Source of the DNA: Polyangiaceae bacterium | Lineage (GTDB): Bacteria; Myxococcota_A; Polyangia; Polyangiales; Polyangiaceae | Assembly: GCA_965222375.1 (NCBI GenBank) | Contig: CBDCTZ010000016.1 | Location: forward strand, 1,472,001 to 1,536,000 | DNA: 64,000 bases | Direction: 5' to 3' | Part shown: piece by piece, positions 20,287 through 30,703 of the stretch | Layout: each line of letters opens with the position of its first letter | Position numbering within the stretch: position 1 is the stretch's first letter | Translations under genes and position numbers: made by a program | Notes under the pieces: model-generated | Told to the model about the DNA's origin: nothing | What the model saw: the letters and a program-made list of their open reading frames with translations, nothing else | The model's database searches: none

Positions 20287-20288
20287 AC

Positions 20289-20702
20289 CTAGCCGGAAAG
20301 GTCTGGCGCGAGGCGGCTCAGGGCCTGTTCGACTCGCTGCTTGTCCGGCTCCTCCAGGTCTGAATGCCCGGCACGGTGCATCGCGTAGCGAAGCGTGGCG
20401 GCCTCCAGTGCGGAGAGCGCCGTCGTGCGTTCGAACATGAGATCTGGAACCCGGAGCCGCAGCAAGACCTGTCCGTCATCCAGAACGCGCTCACCCACGA
20501 TCTCGCCCTGAGGGCGGCCGTCCGCTAGCAGGTGTCGGATGATTCCGCGTACTCGCGCCGCGCGTCGCCGAACGAGCCTTGCTTCAGGCTTGGTGAACAG
20601 ATCGAAGAAGCGATTCCGTGCGAAGGTGTGGGGCGCGAGTACGAGAGCGCACAGCAGGCCATCCAAGTCGATATCCAGCTTGGGTGCCGTCTGCTCCGTC
20701 AC
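20289..20702 (-). CDS. Hypothetical protein
   Basis: GTG overlapping the prfA stop (GTGA); LLCALVLAPHTFARNRFFDLF. Confidence 0.65.
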   Translation of the reverse strand: MTEQTAPKLDIDLDGLLCALVLAPHTFARNRFFDLFTKPEARLVRRRAARVRGIIRHLLADGRPQGEIVGERVLDDGQVLLRLRVPDLMFERTTALSALEAATLRYAMHRAGHSDLEEPDKQRVEQALSRLAPDLSG

Positions 20703-21784
20703 GCTATTCCCGCGGCCTCTTTCTTTGAAGCTTCCAAAGCTTCCGCCTGGTGCCACGCTACCAGTGCGGACAATAATTCGTCCAGCTCACCGTCCACGAC
20801 CCGCTCGAGCTTGTACAGGGTCAGACCAATGCGGTGATCCGTCAGACGGTTCTGTGGGAAGTTGTAGGTGCGTATCTTCTCCGAGCGATCACCGCCGCCG
20901 ACCATGCCGCGCCGCTCGTCTCGAATGGCGTCTGCCTGCTTCTGCTGCTCGATGTCGTACAGACGGCTGCGAAGAACCTTGAGGGCCTTGGCCTTGTTTT
21001 TCAACTGACTTCGCTCGTCTTGGCACTTGACGATCATGCCCGTCGGTAGATGCGTGATCTGCACCGCGCTATTCGTCGTATTGACTCCCTGCCCACCCGG
21101 GCCACCGCTGGCGGCGATGTCGAATCGCAAATCCTTCTCGTCGAGCTGCAGCTCCACCTCCTCGGCCTCGGGCAAGACTGCAACCGTCGCGGTCGAGGTG
21201 TGAATGCGCCCCTGGGCCTCTGTGCTCGGCACCCGCTGGACTCGGTGCACTCCGCCCTCGTACTTCAAGCTGGAAAACACCCGAGTGCCCGTCACCAGGG
21301 CGATGACCTCCTTGAAGCCACCCGCGGACGCTTCGCTCGTGGACATGAGCTCCACCTTCCAGCCCCGGCGCTCGGCGAAACGGGAGTACATGCGAAACAA
21401 ATCCGCCGCAAACAGTGCCGCCTCCTCGCCGCCGGTACCCGCGCGGATTTCCAGGATGGTGTCCTTCTCGTCGTTGGGGTCCTGGGGCAGGAGCAGAAGC
21501 TGAATGGCCTGGGAGAGTTCTTCCTGCTGCGCTTCCAGTTCAGGCAGCTCCTCTCGCGCGAGGGGCCCTAGCTCGGGGTCATCCAGCGCCTCTCGGTCTT
21601 CGGCGATCTGCTTTTCTAGAAGTTGCCACTTGCCAAAGGCTTCCACGACTGGGCCCAGCTGGGTGCGCTCACGATTCAAGGAGCGCAGGGCGTCAGGGTC
21701 CGAGAGGACGCTCGGGTCGCAGAGCAGCTGCTCCACCTCCGCGTGGCGACGCACGATCTTGGCGAGCTTCTCCTGGGGGATCAC
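20699..21784 (-). CDS. prfA: Peptide chain release factor 1
   Basis: EIRAGTGGEEA, GVHRVQRVPSTE (PxT), GGPGGQ, RSEKIRTYNFPQNR. Confidence 0.97.
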   Translation of the reverse strand: MIPQEKLAKIVRRHAEVEQLLCDPSVLSDPDALRSLNRERTQLGPVVEAFGKWQLLEKQIAEDREALDDPELGPLAREELPELEAQQEELSQAIQLLLLPQDPNDEKDTILEIRAGTGGEEAALFAADLFRMYSRFAERRGWKVELMSTSEASAGGFKEVIALVTGTRVFSSLKYEGGVHRVQRVPSTEAQGRIHTSTATVAVLPEAEEVELQLDEKDLRFDIAASGGPGGQGVNTTNSAVQITHLPTGMIVKCQDERSQLKNKAKALKVLRSRLYDIEQQKQADAIRDERRGMVGGGDRSEKIRTYNFPQNRLTDHRIGLTLYKLERVVDGELDELLSALVAWHQAEALEASKKEAAGIA

Positions 21785-21785
21785 G

Positions 21786-22925
21786 TCAGGCGCTCGCGGG
21801 CGTATTCGAGGCCAGAGCGTCGAAACCCTCGAAAGTCGCCTCGCCGTTTTCCGCCAGCGGTGCCTCGCCCACTTCTCGCCGCAAGGTTGCCCGGAGAGCC
21901 GCCAAAGCGACTTCCATCTGAGAGTCCTCGGGCTCGATGGTGGTGATCTTCTGCACCACGAAACCCGGAGCCAACAAGAAGCGAAGTGGGCCTTCGGACC
22001 GCCTTGCCAAGAAGCGCTGCAGCTCGAAGGTGATGGCGGCGATGACGGGCAAAAATGGGAGCTTGATCAAGAAGAACGCCACGTTGTCAGCGAGCTTGCC
22101 CAAGCCAATTTGAGGGAGCAGTGGGCCCGCGGCGCTAAAAACGATGATGGAGACGAGAGCGACCATGACGAGGAACGTCGTGCCGCAGCGAGGATGCAGC
22201 GTCGTCTTGGCGCGTGCGTTATCTAGGGTCAACTCTTCGCCGGACTCGTAAGTGTAAATCGCCTTGTGTTCGGCGCCGTGGTACTGGAACACGCGATAGA
22301 TTTCCGGCAGCCGACGAATCGCGAGCATGTAGCCGACGACGATGGTCAGCTTCGCAATGCCGGTGAGCACTTGAAAGCCCACGCTTCGCACATCCAGGCC
22401 AAGCCCGAATACACGACTGGTTCCTTCAGCAAACGCCTGAGGCAGCGCGACGAACAGCACGAGGGCGAAGAGGATGGACAGCAGCGTGAAGAACTTCTTG
22501 CCTCGGTCGTCACCCGCACGTGGCGTATCACCGCCATCCTGAGTGGCCAGGGCAATGATGGGCATCGAAAGCAGAGCCAGGGTGCTCGGTGGCTTGGGTT
22601 TCGAATCGAGCTTTGCCTGTTCCTTTTCTTTCTCTTCTTCTTCCAGATCTTGCTCGTACAGATCAGCAGAGAAGCGCAGACAGCGGCTGCCGAGCTTCAG
22701 CGCTTCCACCAGAGTCACGACTCCTCGCACCAAGGGGTAGCCTTTGTACCCGGTGCGCGGGTCGCTCATCTCTTCTTCCCGCACGACCAAAGCACCCGAT
22801 CGGCGTCGAACGACCGCCGCGTAGGACCGCGGCGAGCGCATCATCACGCCCTCGATGAGCGCTTGACCCCCGATGTAGGGGCGCGCGACTCCATCAGGAC
22901 CAAGGACCGGCGGTTGGTTTGACAC
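21786..22925 (-). CDS. DUF1385 family membrane protein
   Basis: IGGQALIEGVMMR, FQYHGAEHK, HPRCGTTF; position between rpmE and prfA. Confidence 0.92.
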   Translation of the reverse strand: MSNQPPVLGPDGVARPYIGGQALIEGVMMRSPRSYAAVVRRRSGALVVREEEMSDPRTGYKGYPLVRGVVTLVEALKLGSRCLRFSADLYEQDLEEEEKEKEQAKLDSKPKPPSTLALLSMPIIALATQDGGDTPRAGDDRGKKFFTLLSILFALVLFVALPQAFAEGTSRVFGLGLDVRSVGFQVLTGIAKLTIVVGYMLAIRRLPEIYRVFQYHGAEHKAIYTYESGEELTLDNARAKTTLHPRCGTTFLVMVALVSIIVFSAAGPLLPQIGLGKLADNVAFFLIKLPFLPVIAAITFELQRFLARRSEGPLRFLLAPGFVVQKITTIEPEDSQMEVALAALRATLRREVGEAPLAENGEATFEGFDALASNTPASA

Positions 22926-22994
22926 GAGATCAACTATAGCGCGGCGAGGCCCGGATCATCAGGGGGCCCCGCAGACGCCGCTTCGAGGCCGATT

Positions 22995-23204
22995 TCAGGT
23001 GGTCGGATGACCGTACTTCTTGCGGAAGCGGTCGATTCGACCCTGGGTGTCCATCAGGCGCTGCTTGCCCGTGTAAAACGGGTGGCAGGCGCCGCACACG
23101 TCGACGGAAAGATCCGATCCCGACGTGGAACGCGTCTTGAACTCGTTGCCACATGCGCAATGCACTTTGACGACGTTGTACTCGGGGTGAATGCCTTCTT
23201 TCAT
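22995..23204 (-). CDS. rpmE: 50S ribosomal protein L31 (zinc-binding type)
   Basis: MKEGIHPEY...CACGN...[24 protein letters not shown]. Confidence 0.96.
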   Translation of the reverse strand: MKEGIHPEYNVVKVHCACGNEFKTRSTSGSDLSVDVCGACHPFYTGKQRLMDTQGRIDRFRKKYGHPTT

Positions 23205-23524
23205 CGCGTGCTCCGGAATCTTCCTTTTTGACCCAGTAGAGGGGCTCCATGGGCAGCGAGCAGCGGATGTCACGGCTTCTGCCCAGGGCAAAGGGGCGCG
23301 CAAGCTAGCGCCGGATGCCACCACTTTCAAGGACCTCGCTCCTCCGCGGGCGAATTTGGGCCTCGACAGGTGGCTCCAGGGCGGGTTGGGGACTATGTTC
23401 CGAGGCGTTCCTGCAGCTCAATTCTCGGTTGATCGTAGGTAACACCTTGAAATGAAAGACTATTTTTAGCAGCTTGGTTAACTTGACGTAACGTTAGTTA
23501 TCGCTCATTCCTGATGTACCAGTC

Positions 23525-24490
23525 ATGACAGACCCTAGCCGCCGGGATGCCCTGAAACGACTCGTCACCGCCAGCGCAGTGCTGGGTGGTAGCGCGCTGA
23601 CTGCGCGGCTGGCCTACGACGCGGGTGGTCTCGGTCTCGCCAAGGGTGCCGGAGAGCGCCAAGTGCGGGATTTCCGTGTCGGCGTCGGCGATGCCCCGAA
23701 GCTGGCCATCGCCAAGAGCAGTCAAGATCCAGCGGATCTGACCCGCAAAGCCATCGAGGCCCTAGGGGGCATGAAGCGATTCATTTCCAATGGCGACATC
23801 GTCGCCATCAAGCCGAATATCGGCTGGGACCGCATGCCCGTGCATGCGGCGAACACGAACCCCAAGGTGGTTGCGGAAGTCGTGCGCCTGGCCTTCGATG
23901 CGGGCGCGAAGAAGGTCATCGTGACGGACGCGTCTTGCAACGAGCCCAACCGCTGCTTCCAGCGTTCCGGGATTTGGCGCGCGACCTACGCACTGGGTGC
24001 GACGATCATCTTGCCTGCCGCGCATCGCTTTCGAGAAATCCGCATGCGAGGTGACGTTCTAGATCTTTGGCCGGTCTACACGCCATTGGTCAACGCCGAC
24101 AAGGTCATCAACATACCCGTCGCCAAGCACCACAACCTGAGCAAGTTCACTGCGGCGATGAAGAATTGGTACGGGCTCTTGGGGGGCCGCCGCAACCGGC
24201 TTCACCAGAACATCGACGTATCCATCGCGGACCTCGCGACCTTCATGCGCCCGTCCCTCACGGTCATGGACGCGACTCGCGTGCTGATGCGCAATGGGCC
24301 CCAAGGAGGCAACGTGGACGATGCCAAGGACATGCACCAAGTCGTGGCCGGCTTGGACGAGGTCGCCATTGACGCCTACGGCACCACGTTGATCGGCGAA
24401 AAGCCCGAGAACGTGAAGTACTTGAAGCTGGGGCACGATCGGGGCATCGGCAACATGAACTGGGAACAGCTCTCCCCCGTGGAGGTTTGA
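23525..24490 (+). CDS. DUF362 family protein with Tat signal
   Basis: SRRDALK twin-arginine motif; IKPNIGWD, ANTNP, INIPVAKHH, MKNWYG. Confidence 0.88.
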   Translation: MTDPSRRDALKRLVTASAVLGGSALTARLAYDAGGLGLAKGAGERQVRDFRVGVGDAPKLAIAKSSQDPADLTRKAIEALGGMKRFISNGDIVAIKPNIGWDRMPVHAANTNPKVVAEVVRLAFDAGAKKVIVTDASCNEPNRCFQRSGIWRATYALGATIILPAAHRFREIRMRGDVLDLWPVYTPLVNADKVINIPVAKHHNLSKFTAAMKNWYGLLGGRRNRLHQNIDVSIADLATFMRPSLTVMDATRVLMRNGPQGGNVDDAKDMHQVVAGLDEVAIDAYGTTLIGEKPENVKYLKLGHDRGIGNMNWEQLSPVEV

Positions 24491-24516
24491 CGCCATTGGC
24501 TTTCGGTTGAGGACGC

Positions 24517-26481
24517 ATGCCTGAGGTTGTGCCGCAAACGTCCGAGCTTCCCGCGCCCATTCCGTGGCTTGGCGGAGCGGGCCCCGTGACGCCCCTGGAT
24601 GCCACGCCGCCGGTGCCCGAGCTGCCCCAGTCGTCCTGCGGCAGCGGCTGCGCGTGCTCCTCGGGCACCAATCAGAGGGCTTCGAGCATCAACGCCAGCG
24701 TGGCGCCCGCCATGGCCACCGCCTCCTCGAGCGCCGCCAGCCGCTGGTTCAAGCGCTTCCGACCCAAGAAGCGCAAGCTGCCCGGGTCGGGCATTCCGGC
24801 GCGAAAGGTCGTCCGCGTGCTCCATTGGGTACGACGGGTTGCCCAGGTCACCTTCCTGAGTCTGTTCCTGTACTTCCTGTTTCAGACGGCCTTCCGCGGC
24901 ACGTTCTCCGCGGAAGCTGGCGAACCCGTTCGCTTGCCCCTGCCCGTCGAAGCGTTTCTCCTTGCCGACCCTTTCGTGGCTGCGATGACGCTGCTCTCGA
25001 CTCACACGGTCTACCGAGGTTTGGCCTGGTCGCTCGGCGTCATCGCGCTGACATTGCTGTTCGGGCGAGTCTTCTGCGGCTGGATTTGTCCCTTCGGAAC
25101 GCTGCACCACTTCTTCGGTTGGATCTTTCCCAGTCGCTACTTGAAGGGGAACAGTCGCGTCGACGCCAACAAGACGCATTGGTGGCAGTCGGGGAAGTAC
25201 TACCTGACCTACGGCTTCTTGGGCGCAGCTCTGGCGGGCAGCGCCATTGGTGGCTTGATGGATCCAATCTGCGTTGCCATTCGCGCGATTGGGCTCGGCG
25301 TTTTGCCCGCGCTTCAGTATCTCGGGCTGCGCTCTGCAACGATGGCGGCGGACACCAACGTGCGCTCGCTTCAAATGGCCAGCGACAACACTCAGGACGT
25401 CCTGGCTCAGACCGTGTGGACCTCGAACCAGGCTTACTTCCATCAAACCTGGTTCATCGTTTTTTTCCTGATCGCGATTCTGTTCTTGAACCGCTTCATT
25501 CCACGCTTCTGGTGTCGCGCGCTCTGCCCTCTGGGTGCCTTCCTGGGCGTCATCGCGCGTTTCTCGCTTTTCGGGATGGAGAAGGACCACTCCAAGTGCA
25601 CGGACTGCAATCTCTGCCTCGTGCATTGCCAAGGCGCGGACAGCCCGCAGGGTGGCGTCAAACACCGCCAAGATGAGTGCCATATGTGCCTCAACTGTGA
25701 GGTGGCCTGTCCCGAGGACGTGATCAAGTTCCGCTTTTTGCCAAATCGCAGGAGCGAAATCGTCAAGCCGGACCTCACCCGGCGGACCGTCCTGGCTTCG
25801 ACGGCCGCAGGGGCGGTCGCGATTCCAGGCATGCGCATCGCGAACTGGCCGGACCGCGCCTACAGTGAAAAAGTCATTCGTCCCCCTGGTTCCGTGGAGG
25901 AGCGGGAGTTCTTGGAGCGCTGCATTCGCTGCGCCGAGTGCATGAAGGTGTGCCCGAACAATGCGCTTCACCCAGCCTTCTTCGAGGGTGGCATCGAAGG
26001 CCTGTGGACACCGATTTTGATCCCCCGCATCGGCTACTGCGAGTTTTCCTGTGTTCTGTGCGGTGATGTCTGTCCGACGGGTGCGATCCAGAAGATCAAC
26101 GAAAAGCAGAAAATGGGCATCGATCAGAAGCCCATCAGCATCGGCACGGCCATGTACGACCAAGGGCGTTGCCTGCCTTGGGCCATGGCTACCCCCTGCA
26201 TCGTCTGCGAAGAGTTCTGCCCCACCAGCCCGAAAGCCATCTGGGCCGATGACTGGTTGGTCGCCAAGCGTGACGACAAGTACGAGGGTGGCGGGCACGC
26301 CAAGATGCTCAAGATCAAAGTCCAGCGCCCACAGGTCGATCCGTCCCTATGCGTCGGTTGTGGCGCCTGCGAGAAGGTCTGCCCCATCGTCGACAAGCCG
26401 GCGGTTTATGTAACCAACGCTGGCGAGACGCGATCCCGCACCAACGTCATTCTGTTGGAGAACACCAGCTACACGAGCTGA
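24517..26481 (+). CDS. Membrane polyferredoxin (NapH/MauN-like fused to NapG/MauM-like)
   Basis: TMs with CGWICPFG and CRALCPLG; about six ferredoxin-type Cys motifs (e.g. CIRCAECMKVCP, CVGCGACEKVCP); IRPPGS. Confidence 0.85.
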   Translation: MPEVVPQTSELPAPIPWLGGAGPVTPLDATPPVPELPQSSCGSGCACSSGTNQRASSINASVAPAMATASSSAASRWFKRFRPKKRKLPGSGIPARKVVRVLHWVRRVAQVTFLSLFLYFLFQTAFRGTFSAEAGEPVRLPLPVEAFLLADPFVAAMTLLSTHTVYRGLAWSLGVIALTLLFGRVFCGWICPFGTLHHFFGWIFPSRYLKGNSRVDANKTHWWQSGKYYLTYGFLGAALAGSAIGGLMDPICVAIRAIGLGVLPALQYLGLRSATMAADTNVRSLQMASDNTQDVLAQTVWTSNQAYFHQTWFIVFFLIAILFLNRFIPRFWCRALCPLGAFLGVIARFSLFGMEKDHSKCTDCNLCLVHCQGADSPQGGVKHRQDECHMCLNCEVACPEDVIKFRFLPNRRSEIVKPDLTRRTVLASTAAGAVAIPGMRIANWPDRAYSEKVIRPPGSVEEREFLERCIRCAECMKVCPNNALHPAFFEGGIEGLWTPILIPRIGYCEFSCVLCGDVCPTGAIQKINEKQKMGIDQKPISIGTAMYDQGRCLPWAMATPCIVCEEFCPTSPKAIWADDWLVAKRDDKYEGGGHAKMLKIKVQRPQVDPSLCVGCGACEKVCPIVDKPAVYVTNAGETRSRTNVILLENTSYTS

Positions 26482-26487
26482 TGGGGC

Positions 26488-27495
26488 TCAGCCGACGATG
26501 GCTCGGCAGCGCGCCACGACCGCGTCCGGGCTCGCAGTCACGGCGCACATCAGGAAGCGCTCGGCTCGCGGAGAGACGCGCAGCACTTCTTGATATGTGG
26601 CTGCGTCCGCACCCCAGAGAATCACGCTAACTCGGTGCGTCAGTTCGTCCGACAAGGCAGCGACCGCCGTGGGCCGGATGGTCGCGTTTGGGCAATCGAC
26701 GACCAAGACCACCTTGGACTTGGGCGAAGCTTCGAGCAGAAGGACCAGGTCTCGAACGCTCTGGATTGGCGCCACTTCAGCGCGATCGCCCATCAGCTTT
26801 TCGAAACTGAGCACGACTTCGCCAGAGCTTGTCGCAACTACGACGACGGGGACCGCCGTCGCTTCCTGCGCAGTGATTGGACGCGACGGTGGACGCACCC
26901 CCGGGCGTCGCGTCGACGCAAGAGTCGTGGATGGAGGCTTCGGGGGCCAGCCGGGCGGTGCCGGGTTAGCAGGGGATGGAAGTTCGGGCTCGCTGGGCTT
27001 GACCGGTGGCTCCGACACGAGCCCCAGCGTGCGCGCTGCACCGGCTGGGTATTGATCCGACCGCCAACCACCGCCGGGTGGCGTGTCCGCTCGTTGAGAA
27101 CTCGGTGTGAGCGCTACGCGTGTCAGTGGAACGGAGGCAGCCCGGGGTGCAGCGGGCGTGCTGCGGCGGCCAGTCGAGCCCGGCGTCGGAGTTACCGACC
27201 GACGCGGCATGCTTGCGCGTCGCGGTGTCGGGTGGCTCGAGAGCGCCTCTCGTTGCGCCGCGGAGTTGCGCAACTCCTGGAGCAAGCTCTCAGCGAGGGG
27301 ACCTCCCAGACCCTGCTCGATGGCATTGCGCAGCGGACCGTCTACGAACTCCACGAATGCGCTGCCCAGCCTCGGGATTTCGTCGTACTCCGACTCCTCG
27401 AGCGCACGCGCAACGAGTGCATCGCGCACCTCGGGTGACACGATCGCATCGAGGGTCTCGCAAACGAGTTGAGCTGCGGAGTTGGGCGGCGGCAT
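26488..27495 (-). CDS. Hypothetical protein with Pro-rich linker and degenerate receiver-like C-terminus
   Basis: Long ORF filling the gap; ATG at 27495 chosen, start uncertain. Confidence 0.6.
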   Translation of the reverse strand: MPPPNSAAQLVCETLDAIVSPEVRDALVARALEESEYDEIPRLGSAFVEFVDGPLRNAIEQGLGGPLAESLLQELRNSAAQREALSSHPTPRRASMPRRSVTPTPGSTGRRSTPAAPRAASVPLTRVALTPSSQRADTPPGGGWRSDQYPAGAARTLGLVSEPPVKPSEPELPSPANPAPPGWPPKPPSTTLASTRRPGVRPPSRPITAQEATAVPVVVVATSSGEVVLSFEKLMGDRAEVAPIQSVRDLVLLLEASPKSKVVLVVDCPNATIRPTAVAALSDELTHRVSVILWGADAATYQEVLRVSPRAERFLMCAVTASPDAVVARCRAIVG

Positions 27496-27717
27496 GTCCG
27501 GCTTGCGGGGTCCCCAGAGTTTTCCGCTTTTGTGGCTTTGGCGCAATCGGTGCGTGGATGTTTCCGTCTGCCCTAACGCGCGCTCCGCGGCCGTACTCAC
27601 CGACACATCAGCTGACGGAATGACCATGTAGGTCCGTGTGCGCCGGGATCGCGCATTGCGAGGGGTGTGTCTGAATGGTATTCGACCTATCGGACTTGGA
27701 CCGCCCTTGGAGGACGA

Positions 27718-29205
27718 ATGCGGCGTACGGCCCCGGTATATCTTTTTCTGTTCGCTGTGGCCTGTGGAGGCAGTGATGGTGGCGACGGTACTGGCGGTAC
27801 AGGCTCCGCGGGGGCGCCCCTCGTCAGCGGACTTCGCATCAACGAGGTATCACTCTACCAAGCGGTGAAGATCCCGCTGGCGATCGATGGCAACGCGATC
27901 TTGGACCGGCCTGCACCGGTGGTCCAGGGCCGTGATGCGTTGATGCGCGTGTTCGTGCAGCCCGAGCCTGGCTGGCAACCTCGGGAGGTTGTGGTTCGCC
28001 TCGATATGCTCAATACCCAGGGTGGGAACGCGCCTCAGGAAATCCGGAAGATGATCGGCACAGCCTCCACTGAAGGCGACTTCCAGAGTGCGTTCAATTT
28101 CGACATTCCCGGCGCCCAATTGACTGGGGATGCCGGCTACTCGGTGTCAGTTCACGAGGTCACTCCAGATGCCCTGGGCGCCCCCTCAGCGGGCGCCCGT
28201 TTTCCGGCCGAGGGCGCCGTGGCAATGAACGCGGCGTACTCGGGGCCCGCCCTCAAGATGGTGCTCGTGCCGGTTCAGTATTTCGCGGACAACTCGGGGC
28301 GGCTGCCGGACATGAGTCCCGAGCAGATCGAGTTGTATCGCCGCACCATGTTTGATGTGTATCCCACGCCGCAGGTGGAAATCCGCGTACGCGAGCCCCT
28401 ATTCTACTCCCAGGCCGTCAACCCGAGGGACGACAGCATGGCCAACTTGCTGCAGTCTGTGCTGTACACACGAGAGCAAGACATCGCTGCGGGCAACGCA
28501 AGCGTCGACGAGTACTACTACGGTTTAGTCGTGCCCAAGCCGACCTTTGGCCAATATTGCGGCCCAGGATGCATCCTCGGACTGACCTTCCAAACGGGTC
28601 AAGGCGGACCTGGCGCAGAGTCTTACCTACGCGGGAGCGTCGGCATTGGATACAAAGGCCCCGACGCAGCCCAGACTTTTATTCACGAGATCGGTCATGC
28701 CCATGGGCGCAGCCACGCACCTTGTGCGCCGGGAAATCAAATCAACTCCTTGGATCCGGCTTTCCCCCATGCAGGCGCAACGATCGGGACATGGGGTTAC
28801 AGCCTCAGCGCTCACCAGTTGTACGATCCTCAGGGGCAAGCGCGGGACTTCATGAGCTACTGCTCGCCTAGCTGGGTTAGCGACTACACCTACCGCGCGT
28901 TGTTTGACAAGATCGCCTTCGTGAACGGCGCGCAGTACTTTCACGCAGCGAAGCCGAAGCAGCGCTTTCAAGCCATCAGCATCCGTGGCAACGGCGAAAT
29001 CAGCCGAGGCCAACGCTTCGACATCCAGGGCACGCCCTCCGGCAAGACCGAGGTCGTGGAAGTCATCGATGCGTCAGGAAAAACCCGCCAGGTTACGGGC
29101 TATTTCCACCCCTACAATCACCTGCCCGGCGGCATGCTGCTCGTGCCCCAGCCCCCGCAAAGTGCTCGAAGTCTGCATCTGCGTGGCAAGGCCTTGGCCC
29201 TTTAG
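27718..29205 (+). CDS. Zinc metalloprotease lipoprotein (M66-like metzincin)
   Basis: GGAGG then ATG; lipobox AVAC; HEIGHAHGRSH and DFMSYC Met-turn. Confidence 0.85.
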   Translation: MRRTAPVYLFLFAVACGGSDGGDGTGGTGSAGAPLVSGLRINEVSLYQAVKIPLAIDGNAILDRPAPVVQGRDALMRVFVQPEPGWQPREVVVRLDMLNTQGGNAPQEIRKMIGTASTEGDFQSAFNFDIPGAQLTGDAGYSVSVHEVTPDALGAPSAGARFPAEGAVAMNAAYSGPALKMVLVPVQYFADNSGRLPDMSPEQIELYRRTMFDVYPTPQVEIRVREPLFYSQAVNPRDDSMANLLQSVLYTREQDIAAGNASVDEYYYGLVVPKPTFGQYCGPGCILGLTFQTGQGGPGAESYLRGSVGIGYKGPDAAQTFIHEIGHAHGRSHAPCAPGNQINSLDPAFPHAGATIGTWGYSLSAHQLYDPQGQARDFMSYCSPSWVSDYTYRALFDKIAFVNGAQYFHAAKPKQRFQAISIRGNGEISRGQRFDIQGTPSGKTEVVEVIDASGKTRQVTGYFHPYNHLPGGMLLVPQPPQSARSLHLRGKALAL

Positions 29206-29296
29206 GCCTACATTTTTTTACCTGGGGCGGGAGGCTTGGTGGGTCCTGCAATCCGCGCTTGCGTGAGAGCGGCGCCGAGATGAATATGCGAGACCG

Positions 29297-30703
29297 ATGA
29301 GTGGCATCAGCGAAAGCCGCGCTTCGGCCATGAAAGTGGCCAAGTGGCTGGTCGACAAGGGCTCCCCGGACCAGGCGGTGACCCTTCTATCGGCCTGGGC
29401 GGCGGCGGGCCCCAACGACAGTGAAGGGCAGCAACTTCTCGCTGAGGCGTTGCGCGTCGATCCTAGCTCGCGCGTCGCCCAGATGGCTTTCGAGCGCATG
29501 GAGGGCATGGAGGGGGATCACGGCGATTTGACCGCTGCGATCGCTGAATACAATCAGGAGCGGCTGAGCAAGCTCGAGTCCGAGATGACGCGCCCGGTGT
29601 TCCGCCGGGCCCAGATGGGCTTCAACAACAACATCAAGTTTCAGGAAAAGGTCTTCCACGTACAGACGGAAGACTCCGGGCTTGATCAACCCCACATCAT
29701 CACGCATCTGTTCGCGGATGGTGGACGCATCATCAAGAGCAACAAGCGCTCCTACGAGGAACACGTTAGCCGCGGGGACATCGCCGACTTCGTACGGAGT
29801 CTGATGAAAGCTCAGCACCTGGAAATGGTGCTGGCACTGCGTGAAGGCAAATTCGACGAGGTCATTGCTGGTCGCGCCGTGGGTGGGATGGACCTGCTGA
29901 CCGAGCCGCCGAACGTGGAGGCCATTCGCAAACTGGCCAGCAAGAAAGAGGCGCGCGCATCCGCAGCCCCCGCTGCGCAGTCCGCATCTCAATCGCCGGT
30001 GCAGGTCCCGGTTCCGTCGAAATCTCCTGCGGCTCCAACTGACGAAGGGCCGGTTCACTTCCGCTTACATGTTATGCGCAGCCTCACCGGCGGGCCGGAG
30101 CGCTACGAGCCCCATGGCAGCGACGCGATTCTCGGCCGAGAAGGCAGCATTTCCCTAGACGGGGAGAAGTTCGCTCACCCTCGTGAAGCGCTGATCAAGT
30201 TCGTCAAGGGCAAGCTCTGGCTACATGACTTGGAGGATGGAAACGGGGTGTTTCTCCGTATCCGCACACCTGTAGAGCTGGATTTGGGTGATGAATTCGT
30301 CGTCGGCGACCAGCTCGTCCGCGTAGAAAAGAACCCGCTGCCGGATGACGGACCCGACCCGGATCCGACCTACTTCTACTCGTCTCCGAAGTGGCCGTCG
30401 TCGTTCCGCGTCGTGCAGATCCTCGAAGGAGGCGCTGCCGGTGCTGCGGTGGTGGCTCGCGGCAACACGCTGCAAATCGGTTCCGCGATCGGCGATCTCG
30501 TGTTTCCGGACGATCCTCTGGTCGGCGCTCAGCACTGCCTGGTGGAAGAGCAAGCTGGCAGCGTCGTGCTCACAGACCTCGGGTCCCGCACGGGTGTGTT
30601 CGTGCGCATTCGCGGCGAACAAGAGATCGCCCACGGCGACGAAATCCTCGTCGGACGCACGCGCCTGGTCGTCGACCTGAGCCCGTCCAAGAAAGCCAGC
30701 TGA
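29297..30703 (+). CDS. Protein with two C-terminal FHA domains
   Basis: LGR...HP...DLEDGNGVFLRI and QHC...DLGSRTGVFVRI; N-terminal TPR-like helices and GFNNNI..HVQTEDSG domain. Confidence 0.8.
   Translation: MSGISESRASAMKVAKWLVDKGSPDQAVTLLSAWAAAGPNDSEGQQLLAEALRVDPSSRVAQMAFERMEGMEGDHGDLTAAIAEYNQERLSKLESEMTRPVFRRAQMGFNNNIKFQEKVFHVQTEDSGLDQPHIITHLFADGGRIIKSNKRSYEEHVSRGDIADFVRSLMKAQHLEMVLALREGKFDEVIAGRAVGGMDLLTEPPNVEAIRKLASKKEARASAAPAAQSASQSPVQVPVPSKSPAAPTDEGPVHFRLHVMRSLTGGPERYEPHGSDAILGREGSISLDGEKFAHPREALIKFVKGKLWLHDLEDGNGVFLRIRTPVELDLGDEFVVGDQLVRVEKNPLPDDGPDPDPTYFYSSPKWPSSFRVVQILEGGAAGAAVVARGNTLQIGSAIGDLVFPDDPLVGAQHCLVEEQAGSVVLTDLGSRTGVFVRIRGEQEIAHGDEILVGRTRLVVDLSPSKKAS

Noticed and set aside
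23426..23439. FNR-like site TTGATcgtaGGTAA
   Set aside because: The second half-site matches ATCAA poorly; not supportable.
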